DNA of 54,637 nucleotides from an uncultured Bacteroidales bacterium. GTDB lineage: Bacteria; Bacteroidota; Bacteroidia; Bacteroidales; JAAAOM01. Shown in pieces: positions 9,009 through 16,848 of the stretch. Numbering within the stretch: the stretch's first letter is position 1; every line of letters begins with the position of its first letter. The notes under the pieces are model-generated. The model did no database searches. It was not told where the DNA came from and worked only from the letters and a program-made list of their open reading frames with translations. Position numbers and translations under genes: made by a program. Location of the stretch: the NCBI GenBank assembly GCA_964486145.1, contig CAZAMT010000002.1:1-54637 (forward strand), given 5' to 3'.

Positions 9009-11612
9009 ATGCAATCAGATGGAATAGTCGTCAAAAAGAATGAAAAAAAGGTTAAAACAGAGTCAACAAGTGTGAAAAAACAAACGGAAAAGAATACAAA
9101 AACATTTGCATATGAAGAGGTTGTAAAGGCTTCAAAAGCTTATTTTAATGGCGATGAGCTGGCTGCTACTGTTTGGGCAAACAAATATGCCTTAAAGGAT
9201 TCGTACGGAAAAATTTATGAGCGCACACCGGATGATATGCATTGGAGAATTGCCGGTGAAATTGCCCGTATTGAAAAAAAATATCCAAATCCGTTAAGTA
9301 TTGATGAAGTATATCATTTACTGAAAGATTTTAAATATATTGTTCCACAAGGCAGTCCGATGAGCGGCATTGGAAATCACTTCCAGATTGCTTCTTTATC
9401 TAACTGTTTTGTTATTGGTCACAAAGGTCCATCCGACTCCTACGGGGGCATTATGAAAATCGATCAGGAGCAGGTACAATTAATGAAAAGAAGAGGAGGC
9501 GTTGGTCACGATTTATCCCACATCCGCCCGAAAGGAAGCCCTGTATTAAACAGTGCTTTGACATCTACCGGTGTGGTGCCTTTCATGGAGCGGTACTCAA
9601 ACTCCACACGTGAAGTTGCACAGGATGGAAGACGGGGTGCCTTGATGTTAAGCATTTCTATCAAACATCCCGATGCCGAATCGTTTATCGATGCAAAAAT
9701 GAGCGCGGGTAAGGTAACAGGTGCAAATGTTTCCGTGCGTATTGATGATGACTTTATGCGCTCGATAACAGAAAATAAACCTTATGTCCAAAGATATCCG
9801 ATAGAATCGGATGATCCTGTATTTAAAAAAGAAATAGACGCCCATAAACTTTGGAAAAAAATAGTTCACAATGCCTGGAAATCTGCCGAACCCGGCATCC
9901 TTTTCTGGGATACTGTCACCAATGAATCCGTTGCAGATTGCTATGCTGAGCAAGGATATAAAACCGTTTCGACCAATCCCTGTGGTGAAATACCCCTTTG
10001 CCCATATGACAGTTGCAGATTGTTGGCAATAAACCTGTACAGTTACGTGGAAAATCCGTTTACTGAAGAAGCTGTATTTAACTGGAAACTCTTTAAAAAA
10101 CACGTAGCCTATGCACAACGGATGATGGATGATATTATTGATTTGGAGTTGGAAAAAATTGATGCCATTCTTACCAAGGTTAATGCTGATCCGGAAGACA
10201 TGGAGATCAAACGTGTTGAAAGAAAATTATGGGAAAACATCCGGATAAAAGCTGAAGAAGGCCGTCGTACAGGCGTTGGTATTACTGCTGAAGGCGATAT
10301 GCTTGCAGCACTTGGAATTCGCTATGGAAGTGAAGACGGGATTGATTTTTCCACTGAGATTCATAAAACAATTGCCCTTGAAACGTATCGTTCATCCGTG
10401 AACATGGCCAAAGAAAGAGGCCCGTTTGCCATTTATGACATGCATTTGGAGAAAGACAATCCTTTTATCAACAGGTTAAAAGCTGAAGATGAGCAATTGC
10501 ACCGCGATATGCAAAAATACGGACGTAGAAATATCGCTTTGCTTACCATTGCACCAACCGGAACAACCAGCCTGATGACCCAGACATCATCTGGCATTGA
10601 GCCTGTATTTCTGCCCGTATACCGGCGCCGACGAAAGGTTAACCCAAATGATGCGAGCGTCAATGTAGCTTATATTGATGAAGTTGGTGATGCATGGGAA
10701 GAATACAATGTTTTTCACCACAAATTTATCACCTGGCTTGAGGTAAACGGCTACAACGTGGAAGAAGTAAAAAAATACGATGACAAGCAAATCGGTAAGT
10801 TGGTTGAAAAGTCACCCTACCATAAAGCTACTTCCAATGATGTGGATTGGGTGATGAAAGTAAAAATGCAGGGTGAAATCCAAAAGTGGGTGGATCATTC
10901 CATCAGTGTAACCATCAATCTCCCAAACAATGTGAATGAAGACCTGGTTGGAAGTCTGTACGAAACAGCCTGGAAAAGTGGTTGCAAAGGAGTAACCGTT
11001 TACCGGGATGGTTCAAGATCCGGAGTTTTACTTACCAACGAAGATAAAAACAAAAACAATGCTGAACCCATCAAAAGACCCAAAGTACTTGATGCTGAAA
11101 TCATCCGGTTTAACAACAACGATGAAAAATGGATCGCTTTTGTTGGTATCAAGGATAAACGGCCATACGAAATATTTACCGGTCTGGCTGACGAAGAAAT
11201 GTTCCCCATTCCCAAATCAATTAAAAAAGGTAAAATCATTAAAAACCGTGATGAACTGGGTAAAACCAGGTATGATTTCCAATATGTTGATAAATACGGT
11301 TATAAGAATACCCTCGGGGGATTATCGCACATGTTTAGTCCTGAATTCTGGAACTACGCAAAATTAATTTCAGGTGTGTTGCGTCACGGCATGCCCATTG
11401 AAGATGTTGTAGGCCTTGTTGCATCTCTGCATCTCGACAGTGATACAATTAATTCATGGAAAATAGGTGTTGAAAGAGCACTTAAGAAATACATCCCAAA
11501 CGGAACAGTGGCAAAAACAAAACAAAAATGCCAGGAATGTGGATCAAACAACCTGATTTACCAGGAAGGGTGCTTGCTTTGTAACGATTGTGGTTCATCC
11601 AAGTGTGGTTAA
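9009..11612 (+). CDS. nrdJ: Adenosylcobalamin-dependent (class II) ribonucleotide reductase
   Basis: 867 aa. It carries NKYALKD, the active-site region SNCF and NPCGEIPL, TIAPTGTTS, and a C-terminal CxxC...CxxC zinc ribbon (CQECGS...CNDCGSSKCG). No intein-like insertion was seen. Confidence 0.9.
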   Translation: MQSDGIVVKKNEKKVKTESTSVKKQTEKNTKTFAYEEVVKASKAYFNGDELAATVWANKYALKDSYGKIYERTPDDMHWRIAGEIARIEKKYPNPLSIDEVYHLLKDFKYIVPQGSPMSGIGNHFQIASLSNCFVIGHKGPSDSYGGIMKIDQEQVQLMKRRGGVGHDLSHIRPKGSPVLNSALTSTGVVPFMERYSNSTREVAQDGRRGALMLSISIKHPDAESFIDAKMSAGKVTGANVSVRIDDDFMRSITENKPYVQRYPIESDDPVFKKEIDAHKLWKKIVHNAWKSAEPGILFWDTVTNESVADCYAEQGYKTVSTNPCGEIPLCPYDSCRLLAINLYSYVENPFTEEAVFNWKLFKKHVAYAQRMMDDIIDLELEKIDAILTKVNADPEDMEIKRVERKLWENIRIKAEEGRRTGVGITAEGDMLAALGIRYGSEDGIDFSTEIHKTIALETYRSSVNMAKERGPFAIYDMHLEKDNPFINRLKAEDEQLHRDMQKYGRRNIALLTIAPTGTTSLMTQTSSGIEPVFLPVYRRRRKVNPNDASVNVAYIDEVGDAWEEYNVFHHKFITWLEVNGYNVEEVKKYDDKQIGKLVEKSPYHKATSNDVDWVMKVKMQGEIQKWVDHSISVTINLPNNVNEDLVGSLYETAWKSGCKGVTVYRDGSRSGVLLTNEDKNKNNAEPIKRPKVLDAEIIRFNNNDEKWIAFVGIKDKRPYEIFTGLADEEMFPIPKSIKKGKIIKNRDELGKTRYDFQYVDKYGYKNTLGGLSHMFSPEFWNYAKLISGVLRHGMPIEDVVGLVASLHLDSDTINSWKIGVERALKKYIPNGTVAKTKQKCQECGSNNLIYQEGCLLCNDCGSSKCG

Positions 11613-11645
11613 AATCAAAACTTATCATGGCTTATTATATTTGAA

Positions 11646-11673
11646 GGGAAGTCCGGACGGCTTCCCTTTTTTT
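11646..11673 (+). terminator. Rho-independent terminator of nrdJ
   Basis: The stem gggaag / cttccc has a 9-nt loop and is followed by TTTTTTT. Confidence 0.75.
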
Positions 11674-11712
11674 ATTATCTTGCATTTATACCCCAAAAAA
11701 ACCAATGCAATT

Positions 11713-13551
11713 ATGAAAACCCACATGACAATTCTACTTATTATAGCTTCCGGATTATTTCTGTTTTCCTGTCAAACGAAGCCTGAAATCGACGGTGAAT
11801 TAAAGAAATGGCATAAAGTAACTATATCTTTCCAGGGTCCTGAACTTGATGAAACCGGTGAAGAAAATCCTTTTTCAGACTATCGCATGGAAGCTACTTT
11901 TACCAATGGGGAAAAAACATATAAAATACCGGGGTTTTTTGCCGCTGATGGAAATGCAGCAGAATCAGGGGCTTCAAAAGGGAATGTCTGGCAGGTGCGC
12001 TTTACTCCTGATATCGAAGGAATTTGGACCTACCAGGTATCGTTCCGTAAAGGTGACAGAATTGCCATCAACCAGGATGTTGAAGCAGGAAAACCTGTAG
12101 CCTTTGATGGTGCAACAGGTGAATTTGTAATCGGGCCAACAGATAAATCCGGTAATGATTTCCGGGGAAAAGGCAAATTAAATTATGTAGATCAAAGATA
12201 CCTCCAGTTTGCTGAAACCAACGAATATTTTCTAAAAGGTGGAGCTGACAGTCCTGAAAATTTCCTGGCATACAAAGAATTTGATGGCACCCGCGATATT
12301 GTCGATAATGAAGCCCGCGAAGGTGAAGCGCCACCGCCTGAAAACCTGCATGAATATGCTCCTCATATACAAGACTGGAATGAAGGCGATCCAACCTGGA
12401 TGGGAGGCAATGGTAAAGGTATTATTGGCGCCCTGAATTACCTTGCCTCCGAGGGAATGAATTCCGTTTATTTTCTAACAATGAATATTGAAGGTGACGG
12501 TAAAGACGTTTGGCCTTATGTCTCACCTGATGATTTCACTCGATTTGATTGTAGTAAACTTGATCAATGGGAAATTGTATTCACTCACATGGACAGCCTT
12601 GGATTGATGCTGCATTTTGTTTTACAGGAAACTGAAAACGAGTTATTACTGAACAATGGCGACACCGGCCTGGAGCGTATGCTTTATTACCGTGAATTAA
12701 TTGCAAGATTTTCTCATCATCTTGCAATAACCTGGAACATGGGAGAGGAAAATGGACCTGCGGATTTTACTCCCGATGGACAAACCACCGAACAGCAAAA
12801 AGCAATGGCCCGGTATATGAAAAAAACAGATCCGTATAATAATTTTGTAGTTATTCACACCCATGCAAATCCCAAATTCCGGAATGAAATATTCAATAAC
12901 CTGCTTGGATATGAATATCTGAATGGTCCCTCTATTCAAATCGGAAATCTCCTTTCTGCCCATGCAGAAACAAAAATCTGGATTGAAAAATCAAAGGAAG
13001 CTGGAAAACCCTGGATTGTTAATATCGATGAAATTGGCCCGGCATGGCGTGGTGTGGACCCCGATGATCGCGAGCCACACAACAACCAGGATTCAGTGAG
13101 AAGATATGTTTTATGGGCAAATTTGATGTCCGGTGGTGGCGGTGTAGAATGGTATTTTGGTTATAAAAACCACAACAATGATTTAAATTGTGAAGATTGG
13201 CGGTCACGAGACATGATGTGGGATTATACAAAACATGCCATTGACTTTTTCAGGATATATCTGCCATTTTCTGAAATGGAATCTGCTGATTACCTTATTA
13301 CCAATGCAAATGCTTATTGTTACGCCAAAAAAGGAGAAATTTATGTTGTTTACCTGCCCGAAGGAGGTACTTCACAACTTGATATGACCGATGCTTCAGG
13401 AACGTATGAAGTTTTTTGGTATTCACCCAGGGAAGGTGGTAATCTCAAAACAAACACGATAACGGAGTTTACAGGAGGAGAGATTGTAGAACTTGGCGAA
13501 GCACCTGAAGAATCGCTACAAGACTGGGCTGTACTTATCAGGAAAAAATAA
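11713..13551 (+). CDS. Lipoprotein with a DUF5060-like N-terminal domain and a clan GH-A-like (TIM-barrel glycoside hydrolase) body
   Basis: The start was moved to Met42 of the track ORF (atg at 11713). That gives the signal peptide plus lipobox MKTHMTILLIIASGLFLFSC. The segment KWHKVTISF...WQVRFTPD..GIWTY is DUF5060-like, and ITWNMGEENG resembles the GH-A acid/base NE motif. The family names come from memory. Confidence 0.6.
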   Translation: MKTHMTILLIIASGLFLFSCQTKPEIDGELKKWHKVTISFQGPELDETGEENPFSDYRMEATFTNGEKTYKIPGFFAADGNAAESGASKGNVWQVRFTPDIEGIWTYQVSFRKGDRIAINQDVEAGKPVAFDGATGEFVIGPTDKSGNDFRGKGKLNYVDQRYLQFAETNEYFLKGGADSPENFLAYKEFDGTRDIVDNEAREGEAPPPENLHEYAPHIQDWNEGDPTWMGGNGKGIIGALNYLASEGMNSVYFLTMNIEGDGKDVWPYVSPDDFTRFDCSKLDQWEIVFTHMDSLGLMLHFVLQETENELLLNNGDTGLERMLYYRELIARFSHHLAITWNMGEENGPADFTPDGQTTEQQKAMARYMKKTDPYNNFVVIHTHANPKFRNEIFNNLLGYEYLNGPSIQIGNLLSAHAETKIWIEKSKEAGKPWIVNIDEIGPAWRGVDPDDREPHNNQDSVRRYVLWANLMSGGGGVEWYFGYKNHNNDLNCEDWRSRDMMWDYTKHAIDFFRIYLPFSEMESADYLITNANAYCYAKKGEIYVVYLPEGGTSQLDMTDASGTYEVFWYSPREGGNLKTNTITEFTGGEIVELGEAPEESLQDWAVLIRKK

Positions 13552-13643
13552 ATCCGCCCTGAAAACGGCGAATACATTCATTTTCTCATCAAAAGCCAGT
13601 TTTCCATTTCGTTTATTTTAAGTATCAACTGCTCACGTTTTGT

Positions 13644-13856
13644 CAAATCGGTGCAAGCTATCCGCCAATTGTCGGACAGGTTGTCTGAGATAATTATTGC
13701 TCACATGTTTAATTACTGTTTTGTGTTCGCGAGCTCCCGTTGGTCGGTTGAGGCACACTGCGCTTTCGCATAGCTTCAGCGGAGCAAGCACGACCATGAT
13801 TGAAATGAGTGCCAAATTTCAGGTTTGGTCACAAATTTTAAACAGAAAAACAACCC
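13644..13856 (-). repeat. Copy B of the inverted repeat (partner 1..162), carrying a 56-nt segment (13695-13750) in place of 5 nt in copy A
   Basis: Base-by-base reverse-complement comparison. The core 13751-13836 is identical to 21-106, and 13644-13694 matches 112-162 with 2 mismatches. Confidence 0.9.
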
Positions 13857-13986
13857 TTTCATTCCCGGGAACACCGAATTATTCCGAATTATCGATGGGT
13901 TTTCCAAATCCAGGTAATTTGTTAAATTATCCATTATTTATAGCTTCCTGTATTTTCTGTTCAGCCAAATAATCTATAATGTTCAT
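13776..13986 (-). pseudogene. Degraded DUF1992 / DnaJC28-like small gene
   Basis: The minus strand reads MNIIDYLAEQKIQEAINNG*FNKLPGFGKPIDNSE*... The family hallmark G-E-F-x-x-LPG-x-GKP is present, with the Glu codon as TAA (13927-13929). A 10-nt tandem duplication at 13873-13892 shifts the frame. Removing one unit gives ...GKPIDNSVFPGMKGLFFCLKFVTKPEIWHSFQSWSCLLR and then TGA. Confidence 0.65.
13873..13892 (-). repeat. 10-nt tandem duplication (ataattcgga/ataattcggt on the minus strand) that frameshifts the DUF1992-like pseudogene
   Basis: Plus strand accgaattat|tccgaattat, 9/10 identical. Confidence 0.85.
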
Positions 13987-14137
13987 ATAAATTGTATATC
14001 CAATGAATAAAAATCTATTGAAAGGGTAACCCCAAATTTTAAAAAAAGTATAAAAAATATGTTAACGAAAAAATTATCTAAGGGTAAGTTCTTTTTTTAA
14101 AAGTTAAATCCTGATTTACCGGTAAAGTAATTCTTTT

Positions 14138-14476
14138 ATGAATAAAAAGCTATTTAGTGCTGTAATTTTTGCCTTTATATTGATTGGAATGGCGAATGCA
14201 CAAAAATTCTTTGAAGTTGAAACCATTGAACAGGCCCAGGCTAAAATTTTCTTTGTTGAAGATGAAAATGTGTGTGACTTAAAGGTTTGGTTTGTGTACG
14301 AGGAAGCCCATATCACAGGGCCGGGTATATGGATGGAAGTCCCGGAAATAGCCCAGGCAGATATTAAAATTATTTTTGTTGATGATATAGAACAATCAGA
14401 TATAACCATTTGCATGGGATTGAACGATACTGAAGCTGGATGGTTAAACGAGGAAAAGAAAATAATCTTTGAATGA
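14138..14476 (+). CDS. Small secreted protein with internal A-D-h-K-h-h-F-V repeats (DUF6150-like)
   Basis: 112 aa with signal peptide MNKKLFSAVIFAFILIGMANA. The repeated units are AQAKIFFVED, CDLKVWFVYEE and AQADIKIIFVDD, followed by AGWLNEEKK. The family name comes from memory. Confidence 0.6.
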   Translation: MNKKLFSAVIFAFILIGMANAQKFFEVETIEQAQAKIFFVEDENVCDLKVWFVYEEAHITGPGIWMEVPEIAQADIKIIFVDDIEQSDITICMGLNDTEAGWLNEEKKIIFE

Positions 14477-14540
14477 AGTAAAAAAGATTTGGCAGCCTTA
14501 GAACCTGACCACCAAATCCTTCACCCACGAAAAAAACTAC

Positions 14541-15086
14541 TTAATTAAAATTTCTACATGGGCCCGGTCCAAATCCATATCCCATTCTGCCTGCGCCTCT
14601 GCCATTACGATTATAACCCATTTGATTTCCCATCCTTCTTCCTTTTCTTGCATCAAATAATGTCTGTTGTTCTTCTGTTAGCAAATTACGTACATCCTGC
14701 CGGTGACTTGTACGCTCTTTCAATAAGCGGGTATGGATATCTCCCATTTCATCGATAACAGATTCTGCTTCTTTTATATCATAATTGTCACCTGTTGTCA
14801 ACGAATTCAAGCGGGCCCGTTTTTCCCTCATTTGGTTATGTAAATCTGTCATTTTCTTTAAATGGATTGTTCGTAAATCAGCAATAGATGCCTGTTGCTC
14901 CTCAGTTAAATCCAAAAAACTGGCATACAATCCCATTCCGGCACCCTGCCTCTGGTTGGCATTAGGTCCCTGACCACGTCCGAAACCTCTGCCAGGCTGT
15001 GCCATTACCGAACTCAATCCAAGAAATAATACTCCTATGGTCAACACCATTGATTTTCTGATTTTTGTTTTCATTTTTGCTTTCAT
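14541..15086 (-). CDS. Periplasmic LTXXQ protein (Spy/CpxP/ZraP family) with Gly/Arg/Met-rich termini
   Basis: 181 aa with a signal peptide. Two LTxxQ motifs are present (LDLTEEQQASI and LLTEEQQTLF). The N-terminal region has low-complexity GRGFGRGQGP, and the C-terminus has GRGAGRMGYGFGPGP. Confidence 0.75.
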   Translation of the reverse strand: MKAKMKTKIRKSMVLTIGVLFLGLSSVMAQPGRGFGRGQGPNANQRQGAGMGLYASFLDLTEEQQASIADLRTIHLKKMTDLHNQMREKRARLNSLTTGDNYDIKEAESVIDEMGDIHTRLLKERTSHRQDVRNLLTEEQQTLFDARKGRRMGNQMGYNRNGRGAGRMGYGFGPGPCRNFN

Positions 15087-15109
15087 TTTAAAATTATTAT
15101 TGCATTTTT

Positions 15110-15640
15110 TTATTCAAAATGCCTGTTCATCCTTTTTCCCTGTCTATGACGAAAACCAGGCGAATTTCGTCTTGGGTGGGGATTTCTTTCCCGGATATCC
15201 ATGAAAAACCGGTTCAATTTTTTTTCCTGTTCAGGTGAACATAAAGCTTTCAGTTCAAGGAAGTGATTGAACGTTTTCATTTTCAGTTTCTCATGTAAAT
15301 CTCCCATCTCCTTTGCAAGATTTCCCAGCTTTTCTTGATCGGGCTGACTTGCAGTTAATTCGTTCAACATTTCATTTCTTTTCTCATGCAGCATGATCAT
15401 AATCCTGGCTGATTCTTCCATGCTTTCCCGTCTCATACGTTGAAATGTGTTGAATTGCTCATCCGATAAATTCAATTCGTGCCTCAGAAAGTAATTCATA
15501 CCCCTGAAATCCAGGTCCTCAACCAGCCGCGGCGGTGTATTGGGTTGTGGTATATTTCTCTGAAGCATTATGGTTAGCAAAGCAGCCACATTGATAATTA
15601 CCAAAACAATCAATACCCAAAACCATATTTTCTTCTTCAT
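15110..15640 (-). CDS. Membrane-anchored LTXXQ-family (CpxP/Spy-like) periplasmic protein
   Basis: It has the TM helix KKKIWFWVLIVLVIINVAALLTIML and the LTXXQ-like motifs LNLSDEQFNTF and LCSPEQEKKL. Alternative in-frame starts lie at 15652 and 15664, the latter overlapping the anti-sigma stop. Confidence 0.65.
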   Translation of the reverse strand: MKKKIWFWVLIVLVIINVAALLTIMLQRNIPQPNTPPRLVEDLDFRGMNYFLRHELNLSDEQFNTFQRMRRESMEESARIMIMLHEKRNEMLNELTASQPDQEKLGNLAKEMGDLHEKLKMKTFNHFLELKALCSPEQEKKLNRFFMDIRERNPHPRRNSPGFRHRQGKRMNRHFE

Positions 15641-15653
15641 TATAAAATCCATG

Positions 15654-16094
15654 TCATTTTTCATTTTCAGTGAATATGGTAGCCTCCAGCGGCTCAAATT
15701 CAGTCTCGAACAAATAGTAATCTTCTGCAAATGCATTTACATACGCATCTCTTGCATTGCTTTGGTTTCCATTTAAACCAATGAAAATGCCTATGACAAT
15801 GGAAGCTGCCACTAAAAGCGATTGAATTGCAGGGACAAGAAATTTCTCATTCACAAACCTTGCATTTGAAGTTCCGGTGTTTTTCAATCGCTGGTAAGTC
15901 CGTGTATAGAAATATGGATCGACATCGGTTACCTTTTGGTCACTGACAACTGATAGAACATTTTTCAACTGAAAATATTTTTTTGTGCAGGCTTCACATG
16001 TTTTCAGGTGAGATTCAACCAATAAATTCTCTTCGGTTGTAAGGTCTCCATCCTTATAAAAAATCAGTTTATGTTCTATTTTGTTGCAATTCAT
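15654..16094 (-). CDS. Anti-sigma factor (zf-HC2 type) with one TM helix
   Basis: 146 aa. The putative zinc-finger motif H-x3-C-x2-C is HLKTCEAC, and a central TM segment PAIQSLLVAASIVIGIFIGL is present. It lies immediately downstream of the ECF sigma gene. Confidence 0.75.
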   Translation of the reverse strand: MNCNKIEHKLIFYKDGDLTTEENLLVESHLKTCEACTKKYFQLKNVLSVVSDQKVTDVDPYFYTRTYQRLKNTGTSNARFVNEKFLVPAIQSLLVAASIVIGIFIGLNGNQSNARDAYVNAFAEDYYLFETEFEPLEATIFTENEK

Positions 16095-16141
16095 TGTTCC
16101 GTTTTTTAGTTTGACACCATTGAAATATTATTCTTGCGCTT

Positions 16142-16714
16142 TTAATCATTAAATTCTTTAAAAAGATGTAGAAGCTTTTTCTGCAAGTTGCGTTTTGCTC
16201 TGAAATTCAAAGATTCAACCGATGACACTGTTGTTTTCATAATATCAGCAATCTCGGGGTTGGACAGTTCATCATATTTGCTCAATACAAATGCAACTCG
16301 CTGATTATCTGGTAGAGAATCAATGGCTTCCTTCAGCATTTTCTCCTTTTCGGCATTTTCGAGAATCGCCTGAGGTTCTTTGTAATCGGATATTTCAAAC
16401 ATTTCTTTTTGAGTTTCGAAGCTATTTCCAAATAGTTTCATCCAGCTTTTTCGTTTTTTACTTCGCAAATGGTTTAAACTCTTATTAATTGCAATGCGGT
16501 ATATCCAGGTTGAAAGCGTTGATTCTCCTTTAAATTTTCGAATGGATTTAAATATCTCTATAAACACCTCCTGTGATATATCATCTGCCTCACAAGCATC
16601 GTGAAGCATGCCCATGCACGTGTTTCGCACCTTTACCTGATGCAACTCTACCAGGTACCTAAAGGCAGCTTCATCCTGTCGTTTTAATTTTTCAACTAAA
16701 TCCTTTTCGGTCAT
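16142..16714 (-). CDS. ECF (sigma-70 group 4) RNA polymerase sigma factor
   Basis: 190 aa. Region 2 reads DISQEVFIEIF...STWIYRIAINKSLN, and region 4 reads LPDNQRVAFVLSKYDELSNPEIADIM. Confidence 0.9.
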   Translation of the reverse strand: MTEKDLVEKLKRQDEAAFRYLVELHQVKVRNTCMGMLHDACEADDISQEVFIEIFKSIRKFKGESTLSTWIYRIAINKSLNHLRSKKRKSWMKLFGNSFETQKEMFEISDYKEPQAILENAEKEKMLKEAIDSLPDNQRVAFVLSKYDELSNPEIADIMKTTVSSVESLNFRAKRNLQKKLLHLFKEFND

Positions 16715-16848
16715 TTAAATCATTTCTTTCCACAAAAAGGTACAAATCCTTTTGCTATTATGACACCTCCCATCATTATTTCTTGTGCCATGACTGCAAT
16801 TTTATCCGAATATTGCCTTAATTTGCACAAATTAAACAATACGGCTCT

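Noticed and set aside
9648-10118. Antisense or shadow ORFs inside real genes. Examples are 9648..10118(-), 1001..1429(-), 45848..46252(+), 34225..34623(+), 4497..4862(+) and 16720..16941(-).
   Set aside because: Each lies entirely or largely within a well-supported gene on the opposite strand or in another frame. Their translations are low-complexity or lack any recognisable motif.
11590-11712. The upstream ATG of the track ORF 11590..13551, which overlaps the 3' end of nrdJ.
   Set aside because: This extension spans the nrdJ terminator hairpin. The internal Met at 11713 gives a canonical lipoprotein signal peptide.
1-13856. The repeat-bracketed 13.5-kb segment as a composite transposon or genomic island.
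   Set aside because: The contents are core housekeeping genes (pgk, holB, nrdJ, waaA). No transposase, integrase or tRNA target is present, and no compositional break was evident by eye.
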